Shown one piece after another: positions 13,830-24,240 of a DNA stretch of 64,000 bases. This DNA comes from Fimbriosthenelais zetlandica (taxonomy: Eukaryota): positions 37,014,001-37,078,000 of the forward strand of contig OZ365113.1 of the NCBI GenBank assembly GCA_977030845.1, given 5' to 3'. Below the pieces are notes generated by a model. It ran no database searches. It had not been told where the DNA came from and saw only the letters and a program-made list of their open reading frames with translations. The position numbers were made by a program, and so were the translations under genes. The first letter of the stretch is position 1, and each line of letters opens with the position of its first letter.

Positions 13830-14113
13830 AACCGGGACTCCACTGCTGCGATTTTCCTTGCGAACTCACCGACACAGATGATGCTTTTGTCCTAATGAAA
13901 AATGTACCAGTGGTGGGCAGCCATCAGGCATTGGACACTTCAACCACAACATATAAATATTAGATTGTTGTTTTTTGTATTTCATTTCTTGAGTATTACT
14001 TTAGGAGAAAGAATTCATTTTTTCTGTACGTATATAAATTTCAATGTGCCACAAGCATCATCACCATTGTCGCAGTAGTGTCGCAAGCAAATCGTATCAG
14101 TGGAGTATTGCCT
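13830..14113. mobile_element. MITE family A, opposite internal orientation to 13323
   Basis: TTA|aaccgggactccactgctgcg ... atcagtggagtattgcct|TTA. Confidence 0.85.
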
Positions 14114-16255
14114 TTAGTGTGGGAGGTAGTGGGCATGATAAGACAGATGTTAAAGTAGAGGTATAAGGTAAAACAGCCATGAGTGAGAAGGTAATGACGC
14201 TAACACCTCTACCTATCACCCACCTATAGCGGTATGCTGGCTACTGGCAGCACCATGTCTACCATACCATGCTTCCTATAGGCTCAGTGCATTTCACGCT
14301 CAACATGATGGGTGCATTTCCACTAGGTCATTTCCTGTTTTCCAGCGGGAATAATAGTGCATATTCTTCAGTTATTTCCTATTAAGTTTTACGGAGCAAA
14401 TAATGGGAATGCAGGGTTTGACATTCAGCAATTTCCTGTGTTCTATAAGTGCTTTCTTGCCTACTTTAATTGCATTCCTGCAGATACGATCTAATATTAA
14501 AAAATTATCAACATGTTTTATAAAAAAATGTTTGTATCCATTTTAATATACCTGAAGTGCATCGATTATAACTATCTTGTAAGTGGGGCAAATGTGTATG
14601 ACACTTTTTCCACATTTGCACATTATGGTAATTGAGAACTGACATAAAATTTCATTTTTATTTCGAAATGATTAGTATTTTCTCTCACTTCATTTAACAC
14701 AGAACACCGCTGTTTCTCCTCACATCTTGTTCACATTCGTCTTAGGGACAGCAAGAGGAGATTATTTTTCAGGGAAGACAAATTGTTAAAAAAAGGACTT
14801 GTAAATGTTATTGGCAGAAGAATTCCTAGAGTGACAATGTCTGCATCTTTTTAAGATTGTGTTTCCAGTGAGAGCACAACTGGCAGGTTCAAAATGATTT
14901 CACTTCCCATGTTTTTTGAGTGGCAAGATAATTATTTTTCTCATATTCCTATGATCTTCCATTTTCCACTTCGATTTTGAGAAATTTTCTTGTCTTCAAA
15001 AGAGTCATGTCAGTCCACCTGTGAGGTGGTCATGCGAGGGGGAGGGAAAGGTGGGAGGGGGGGGCAGGGAGAGGGGGAGGGGGAATAGGGTAGGGTAGGG
15101 ACAGGGGAAAGGGGATGGAATGGTTTAATAAGGCGTTGTCATGCATGCTCACGTCATACTTGGTGTTTTAACAACTCAATCCTACATAATAAGTAGTTCA
15201 GTTCAGTTCAATGCTTACCTCCAACAAAACCATCCACCCACACTTAACCCCTGCACCTAAACCTTCATAACAACCCTAGCAACCATAATAACCAACCCAT
15301 TCTTCCTCTCACTTCTCAAAAATGTCAGTACTATTCACCAGCTTGGTACAGTGCTCCCCCTTAAACCGACCACCTTTAGGAATGACCAAAAGTGGTGGTC
15401 GGGTAAGAGGGGCATTTTAAACATAAAAGAAAGAAAATGAGACCAGACCAACATTAAGGGGTCGGTTTATGGGGGTGGTCGGTTTAAGGGGGTTGTCGGA
15501 TGTGGGGGGAGAACTGTACTTTGTACCTACCATGCAGTCTCTCTATCTTGTCTTCCCCATCCATTCTGTCACTCCTTTCCCCGCCCATTCTTCCACCCCT
15601 CCCATCCCCCCACTCTTCACCAACAGTGTTTTGTCTTGGTGTTTTGGGAGCTTCCCCTCCCCACTGTATAACATGGTGAAGTAAGGACCAATTACTCGCC
15701 TCTCTATGCCACCTCTCTTCTTTATTCCCATCTTGTCCTGCAGTATAAGCCCCAGCCACCGCCCGCTCGTCCTTCCACATCCCCCTGGGCTATTTTTACT
15801 GGCACAACAGCTCTGTGGACATCATGTCTTTTTAATGGCATTTTCTCCCTTGTTGCCATTCCAGCTTTCAAGAAGTGCCAGTCATAAAAATTGCCTTCAT
15901 AACAATAAACAGGGGCAATGTTATCTGGTGGACAAAAACAATGGTTTCACCCATTATAGTCATATTGATGGGAGGACAACATGCACAACTAAATCACAGA
16001 CCTAGCTAAGAGAGTGCTTTATGTGTATGAGGTTTTTAGATGGCATCTAGAAATACAATGTAGCATGGTAGGATACAATCCATTTGCATTCCAATATTCC
16101 TTCTATGTATATTATTCCAGTGGAGCTTTTTAAGTCAGTCGAGAAGCAAAATCAACTGAAACTCCATCATAATTTGCTGTGTATATCTCAAGAACATATG
16201 CAGCAACATATGTTAAAATTAAAGGCATTTTTGTTGTAGATATTTTACTATTTTA

Positions 16256-16450
16256 AGTCGGGACTCCACTGCTGCGATTTTGCTAGTGACATTACTGCGA
16301 AAAGTTGATGCTTGAGTTGCAAGATACCAGTGGAGGATGGCCATAATATGTTGGATATTTCGACCACAATTTATCAATTATATTGCAATATAACCATTAC
16401 ATTTGTCGCAGAAGTGTATAATGCAAAATTGCAGCAATGGAGGCCCTGCT
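16256..16450. mobile_element. MITE family A
   Basis: TTA|agtcgggactccactgctgcg ... tgcagcaatggaggccctgct|TTA. Confidence 0.85.
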
Positions 16451-16672
16451 TTACCTAGGCTAGCATGAACGCTGTCAGAATTCAGAAGTTAGCAAGAAAC
16501 TTATATAATCCCCAGATGTTAACTACCCGGCAGGCATGATTCCCACTAATTACTAGTGTAAAGGTTGGCTGGGTCACGAAGCTAGATGTATATAATCAAG
16601 TCACGCCCGTCCTAAAGTGAACCCAACCATAACAAGATGATGTAAACATGACTGATTACCATCACTGACAAC

Positions 16673-16840
16673 ACTGTCACAAACAACCTTCTACTGTCAC
16701 AAACAACCTTCTACTGTCACAAATAACCTTCTACTGTCACAAATAACCTTCTACTGTCACAAATAACCTTCTACTGACACAAACAACCTTCTACTGTCAC
16801 AAATAACCTTTTACTGTCACAAACAACCTTCACTGTCACT
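16673..16840. repeat. 20-bp minisatellite aaayaaccttctactgtcac, about 8 copies
   Basis: Direct reading of the sequence. Confidence 0.95.
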
Positions 16841-17515
16841 TACTTAATGCTGTTAAAATCCATATACATAAACTCATATGCTAAATAGTTCTAAATTTTC
16901 AATTCAATTCATTAAAATATCTTTACTTTAGAAGGTTTTTCTAACGTGTACAAATGAATTATGTCTATTTTTCATATATTGTAGGTGTTTTGCTACTGCA
17001 TAAGCTATCTCTCATCAGTTGTCCATTGTGGGGTCTATTTTTAACAAGTATTATTTAGGACTTTTATACAGCAGATATGCTTATGGTGAGTTGAACAGTT
17101 CTGAAAGTACTTATTATTTATATTTAATATTAATATTCATAATATTTTCTGTAGGGGACGTGTGTCAATTATACATGTAAGCCATGGATCAGGTGTCAGG
17201 GGTGCTGTCAACATCTGCTGCCAGCATTCCTGAACACAAGCACCAGCAAGCATCCAGGGTCCAAGACTGACAAATAATATACCAAATAAAAGCTATAAAT
17301 ACTGAACCAACACCCTGATAAACCAGACTGTGGAACGGATGGCTGGTTTAAAGCCTTCAATGTAAAGCATAGGGGAGTGATGTGGGAGGGAAGTTATTAA
17401 AATTGATATACAAGACCAGTGGCTTGCCCTGGCACATGACCTTGACCTATGACCTGGTACTGGACCCTCATAACTATAGAAGGGAGGTGGTAGGAGACAG
17501 AGGGGACACCTGAGC

Positions 17516-17644
17516 CTACTAGAGGGATGACAGGGAAGCCTTCTATCTTTTATAACATGGCCCTGGCATACACACATCTCTACTAGAGGTATGACAGGGA
17601 AGCCTTCTATGTTTTATAACATGGCCCTGGCATACACACATCTC
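17516..17644. repeat. 64-bp tandem duplication
   Basis: ctactagagg.atgacagggaagccttctat.ttttataacatggccctggcatacacacatct, two copies. Confidence 0.9.
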
Positions 17645-18624
17645 CTGTTTCAAATCTCTGTTGACATTCAGCCAGTCAACAATGTCAGGGTTTTATGGAA
17701 GAAGGACACACTTGCCAGGCCTTTACTGGTGTGAGATTCTTGTGTAGGCAGGGAGGTGTTAAGAGATGTATCCTCAATTTGGATTGATTTTCTTGACGTG
17801 TTTTGACAAGGTTGAGGCCATGGGTAAAGTTTATGCCACAGTAAAGTAACAAAACAACAAGTACAAGTATGTGCTGCCACTTCTACCCTGGAATGATACA
17901 TTACTAAAATGAAACATTCCCGGTGGGAAAGGAACTAGGAAAATATTCAAAAACAGGATAGTTGACAAAGCTGTTCCAAAGGGTCCAATCTCCAAGAAAA
18001 TGCCCTTTCCCTGTATGTTACACTGCAGAGGAGGAAGGGGAAAATTTATATTGCAAAATATTCAAAAACTTATTTGAAGAAAATGAATAATTTGAAGACA
18101 ATCAAAAGTCCTCATTTGACTCCTCTGACTTTGACCTGGGCACGTTTGCCTTCCCCACTATATCGCCCTCCCCTCCCGTCGGAATCCCCGACAATCCCTG
18201 GTGTGTTCCCCTTGTATCAGGCCGACAAGTCCCACACTGGGTTTAGGGTGAAAGATGGGAAGAAGGACAGTGTTACAGAATGAGGGCATTTCTACCATTG
18301 TAACCTGAATCTGACCTAAAGGATTGACAGGACTAGTGGGTGCAGGTCACATACCATACTCGGTATTTAAGGGGAGTAGGGAATATACCCTGGACACACA
18401 ATAACAATCTTCTCTTTTGTTCCACTACTTTTGTCTTAAGCCTGGGACACACTAACGTTATCTGATGGCAATCGGCTGACTCTAAATGCATTAACTGTTT
18501 CTATTCCAAAAGTGTTTTCTTTATCACTGGGTATAGTTGTAGGTAGCCAGTATAACCAGCCCTTACTCCATACAGAGATGGATACTCCGTCTAATTTTTA
18601 GGAAAGTGATGGCAAACCTACTCT

Positions 18625-18733
18625 TTATAAATTGTGGTCCAAGGCCTTAAGGCCACCCTCCAATGGTACATTTTTTATTGCGGTACAAGCATCACCTTTG
18701 GCACAACCAAATCGCAGCAGAGGAGTCCTGCCT
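18625..18733. mobile_element. MITE family A, left-truncated
   Basis: Family core ccaaggccttaaggcc plus right TIR aaatcgcagcagaggagtcctgcct|TTA; left boundary approximate. Confidence 0.6.
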
Positions 18734-21188
18734 TTATAATGAAATAAATTATTTTAAGATTCCCATCTGTTTTTCTTCTGTCTGTCCATCTCTATCTGCA
18801 GTCTTTGTCTCTCCCTTTCCCCACTAAGTGCTGTCTGAGATGTTCCTCTCACATTTACAACAGTGTCTGATTATTTACCTTCTCTACACTACAAAACATC
18901 ACATCAGTAATTTATTTTTAGTCAGTAATATAATCTTCATCATGCCTAGACATTTGTTAATGGTAATAGGGCATTCATCATTGGCATCATATCAATGTTT
19001 GGTGCTTAATTACATTGATTATCTTGACCCAATTAACCGCAGGGAGTAAAAGGACAAAAAACTCACACCATACTAATGAGTTTCATATTATAGGGAGCTC
19101 CATACAGGTTTGATTCTTCCCCCTTTCACACCATTTCCTCGTTAGTACAGCATCTATTTAAGAAACCGACAAAGAGCAGAGGGGGCCAGTCTGAAGTTAG
19201 GACAATGGGTGCGAGTTTATCACTAAATTTCTAAATTGTTTGAGCCAAAATTAACACAATTGTGAAAGAAATATAGCTTTAAAATGAGTCTATTGGGATT
19301 CAGACGTTTCCTTTCCGTATAATTGACCTGCGACTTTCAGTCTATAAATACTTTTAAAGGATGAAAAATGATCGCAAAATGGAGTCTGGCTTTGAAAACA
19401 TCAACTGTCTCCCGGTAGTCATAAATGTTTTTGGGGAGACAGACATAGCAACAAGTAATTAACTGCTGTCTGGATGGGACATAAATCAGTGGAGTTTGTA
19501 AGCTGATCAGAGAGACTAGTCCAGCCATCTGAGCTCCATTAGACGCCTCCTATACTCCACCATTACTCATCAATCACTGTCTGTTTGCCACCTTTACCAC
19601 TGCCCATACATCGCAGCTATATCTGGGTTATTACATAATAATGTTTACAGTGTATAACGAGGAGTGATCAGAGATAAAACCATCATCAGACGTAGAGAGA
19701 CGGGGCGGATAATGATCAAACAGACCGGTATAGCCAACACAGCAGTACATAAGATTTGCTCATTTCAGCTGGAGATCTGCCTGATACAATTCACTGATTG
19801 ACTAGTCGCATCCACTGATTGACTAGTCGCATCAATCGCCGACCAATTTCGCATCAGTTGCCGACTAATTATCTCAACAAAACGATTTATTCTCAAAGCA
19901 CTTTTACGGGAAGTAGTCACTTTAAGTGGCACCAGATCCTGAATCTTGGTAAAATGATACACCCTGATAAGCCTGCCATATTTGATGGGTTTTTTTTAAA
20001 ACTTTAAGGCAATATTTTACTGTCACGTAATTTTCAGGATGGAAATTGTCCACCAAAAGGACATACGGGGGGAGGTGAGGTAATAACATGGTCTCACTTT
20101 CTCTCGACTACAATGACAAGAACGGCCAGAGTTGGTTGGTAAATTAAAGACTGAAAGCCCTCTCGCCCGAGGCTAGCAAGCCTTTAATGCCTATACACTC
20201 ACACACATCAGAGAGTTGAAAGTTAAAGTGGTGGATCAGTAAACGAGCAGTAGGTGATGAGGCCACCCACCCGGTGATACTTATCACTGCTGATAGAAGC
20301 TTTATCTACACTAGTATCAAACCAGGCTTTGATGTCCCATCACAGCAGGTAAAGAATGATCGATCCCTTTACATCCTTTATACCATACTTTCTCTTACAA
20401 ACCTACACAACAAGTTCAAGCAACAGCTTTAGAAACAATGATAAAGTCCCGGGCAAGTCTAGTAGGAAAGGGTAAAGGTACAATGACCCTGGGTGAGGGC
20501 CATTGAAGGGACAATCACTTCCATGACTATTTTGCCATAATGGCGGCTCCTAAACTATGCATTCTGAGGTCGTTCAAGCCACAATTTGAAATAATAGATC
20601 GTGTGGTCATATCCTGGGTTATTTCCACATATTCATTGCAGGTTTGGTCAAGATGTTGGGGGTGGAAATGGGATGGCAAGGGGAGGGAAATGACCCCACC
20701 TCTGCCCCGAGACAATCGTACTAAAGTATAGCACTTGATGGCCTTTAATAATAGCACAAAACTTGGGAAAGAGTTGAGATTTGGACATAATATTTGGTGT
20801 ATATTGGCTAGGATAGACATTTTAAAACAAGTGGCATATGGGCGGTTGCACCCAGAAGATAGTACAGATCTAAAAATATCATAAAGATTCGCTATTTTAT
20901 AATAGAAATAGTTCCAGAAGTCTAAAGGGTTTCAGAGACTCTATAAAAGGTCAATAAATGTCCAAATGTGATTACATTTCACAGATCCCAGAAAATCCAC
21001 TTTATCCAATGCATAGGTTTACCATCAAAGACGAGATAAGTGGAGAAAAACAAACACTTCAGACAAGGTAAGAGGTTCAAGGGTGAGTATTTATAAACAC
21101 CCTGGAGTTAGTGACCGCAGGACGCTAGTGGTCAAATGACCACTCACCAAGAATCTCACATACCAAACCAAATACAAGAGCTTGGTGG

Positions 21189-21202
21189 GTTTCCATGGTA
21201 AC
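21189..21202. promoter_or_regulatory. RFX X-box, perfect consensus match
   Basis: GTTTCCATGGTAAC matches GTTNCCATGGNAAC. Sequence match only; function untested. Confidence 0.5.
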
Positions 21203-21607
21203 CGCTGGTTTTGGGTGTGGAAGGTTGACTTTGACACGCATGGAGCGCTAGATATGCTCCCTTAGAGGCACACTGAATGGATTAAGGCCACCTAATACTG
21301 ATTTATCCCATAATCTGGCGGCTAAATCCAATAGCCTATAGACTAAATCAGGAGATGTATATGTTTCAGATCTAGATTATCACATGTGGTATGGATATGT
21401 GACTCGGGCACAAGTAGTGATTGGAAACACTGAAGTACACTATATTATTATTATTCGGGGAATAGTTTGAAGTACACTTTATTATTCTGACAACCTTTCG
21501 AAGTAAACTTTATTTCTATTTATTCACCAAATTAAAGTAGGGACCTGGCCCGTTTTCATGACGTTAATATTAATAGAATTATTTCTCATAAAATGTTAAT
21601 AACTTAC

Positions 21608-22943
21608 CCTCGCTTTGTATAAACTTAATCTCTCCTTTGCAATCCTGACACCCTGTCACAAACATACGTTCCAGTGACGTATTAAACGACGTGGAGACGT
21701 CGTCTGACGTATCATTAAGGTGCTGACATCCTATACCAGCCGATGACATGCTGGTAGGCATGCCCTTTGGCTGGGGCATTGCCCTTTTGTCACCGGTTTT
21801 AGGGGGTGACTGGTGTCCTTTACAACATAAACCGTCACCCCTGTCAACTCGGTCCACGTCTGGCGCCTCCCTACTAGTTGTCACTGTAGAGATTCCCTCA
21901 ATGCCTTTTTTCAAGGCTTTACCTTTACTGGATTTACTTCCGATACCACCTTTATGCTGCAGAGAATGCACACTCCCTTTGAGGGTCTTTTCAGAGCTTT
22001 GACTTCCCAATTTACTCACTTTTGGGACCTTGAACTTGCTCATGCCATGCTTGCCCTTGACAGGAGCAATTTTGGTTTGATTTGTTGCTGTTTTTGTCTT
22101 ATTTTTGATATTGTTACACATATGACAACCACTACACACACTATGATGAGTGACGTCATGCTTCACACTCGTACAGGCGTCTAGATCTGTCTCCATGTAA
22201 ACACCTTTATTAACCTCCCGGCCATTTTGAGCACCAGTTGATCTCAGGTCACTACATGAGCAGTTCCCGCGAGCAGCTCCGCTCTGTGGGTCATTCAGTG
22301 AATCATGGCTCACCCCCCGGGCATTCTGGTTGAGTTTCTGACAGGATGCCCCACTGGTAGTCAATGTAGGAGGTGTGTTTTGCATTAAGACTGAAGATGG
22401 AGCATGTCCGCATCTTCCATAGCAAGAGCATAAACCAGAAGTTCCACAACTCAGGGGGTCCCGACTACTGCTCCTTTCAACATCATTATTTTTGTGACTC
22501 AGACCCGGGGCACCATCACAGACACCATTCCTCTGGTCTGCTATCCTGTCACACTGACAGCTGGAATTGCTGTCACTTTCAAAGACATTATCATTGGAAT
22601 CACTCTGAGTGGTGTCCTGATTATTTTGGTACTCCAAGAAGAAAGTTTGTTCCAATGTTTCAGAAGGAGTGGCAAGTCCCTCCTCAAATCCACTCTCAGC
22701 TATAGAGCTGGGGGAGGCCTCCTCCTGGTCCCTCAGATCCTGGTATGATACACTTCCCTCCAGGCTTTCCTCCAGGATGGTTGGCATCTTCCCTGATTCC
22801 CCTGGGATCAAAGCTTGAGGGGGGAGAGGGGGTGGTGTCTGGGGTAGATTGTGGATGACGCCCGTGGTACCGTTGGTTGTGATGGTGAGATTATGGTTAG
22901 GGTAGAATTCCCCACTCTCTATCTCATCATCAGACCAGTACAT
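21608..22943 (-). CDS. Candidate large alternative coding exon of the MAGI gene (445 codons + 1 nt), low-complexity product with no recognisable domain
   Basis: By far the longest ORF in the window (454 aa, 22943-21579), on the MAGI strand and GC-richer than its flanks. A consensus donor GAGG|gtaagt at 21608/21607 lies 29 nt before the ORF end, in phase 1. A plausible acceptor ttttaatag| lies at 22964/22963. Confidence 0.7.
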
Positions 22944-24226
22944 GATTCCTCTCTATAACTGACCTATTAAAACCTCATATAAATATTAGAATTTCCCACT
23001 TTTTAAACACCAATTAACTGGTGATTAACTTCAATTTACACTATCCTTCAGACATCGAGGAATGTGTGAATACATTTTGATCGTACATCCTCAATCATAA
23101 CGACTTCCCAAGCCAAAAGCAATTTGCCATTAGTAACTCTGAACAAGTATGGCATTTACTTCATTTTGACAACGTCAAAAAATAGCTTCATAATGAAACT
23201 GCCACAAGGATCAGGAAACCATCAGGAAACCATTCTCCTGTTTCATGTTAAAACATGACAAACTTCTGGTGGATGGGTATCCATAATTTGACTTGAAATC
23301 TCACCGCGAGTTGACAAACTTTTTGGTCACAATCCAGAACTCTCCTTTGACTTTGTGGAGATGTTATATATTCCAGTGAAGCTACAGGTACCTGAGGAGC
23401 ATTCATGAGAGCCTATATTCTCCCCACCTCTCCTCAGGCTATTATAATTTCCGCTGCACTGAATTTGAACTTCAAACAAAAAATATAAAAAGCCTCCAGC
23501 AGCAGAATACATAACATGTATGGAGATGGCTGGGGGAGGGGGTATACTATGTGAGGACCTTTTTGTTCCTGTGTCAACTTTCTCAGCGAGAAAAAAATAA
23601 TTTTGCTCAGATGAAAGTCGGTATAAAATGAACTGTGGATGAGAGCATCTGACACCTCAGACTCATCTACCCCCTTCTCACCTTTCTCTTTTTGTTAATG
23701 AAGAAAGAGTATTCCCGCCTGGTTTTGGATCCCCAGGACCAAGTTACTCGGTTCCTTTGCTTATATTGGAAGTTCCAACAATTTCAATACAGTACAATTG
23801 CGTTGCACAGAATGATTCAACAGATATATCCATACAGATTATTTGGTCACGAGCCCTGTATGTATTAAGTATAGGTATGACTATTCAAGTTACTATAGTC
23901 CAAAATGATGTCAGTGTACTCCACTTGTGCAGGTGTTTTCTTGTCAGTGAGTTTCTTTTTTCCTTCATTCACTTGTTGGTGAACTGCATGGGTGATCTGC
24001 ACTAAGTCCCACTCTCCACCAACAACAGGCCTACATAGAGGTATGATGTAGGCTATATACCTCACAAAAAACATAAATACTGTATCCACAGGAGAAAAGT
24101 AAACACAACCTGGCAGATCAGTCTATGGAGGTATCCCTAGTCTCCCAACCTGTTGAGTCCGACCATTCAACGCATGATTCTACATTGAGTATGCTATACG
24201 AGTATCCAAGGAGATCTGGGTGTAAA

Positions 24227-24240
24227 GTTACTATGGCAAC
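24227..24240. promoter_or_regulatory. RFX X-box, one mismatch
   Basis: GTTACTATGGCAAC. Confidence 0.4.

Noticed and set aside
21748-22748. Plus-strand ORFs overlapping the 454-aa ORF
   Set aside because: They are antisense shadows of the GC-richer minus-strand coding sequence.
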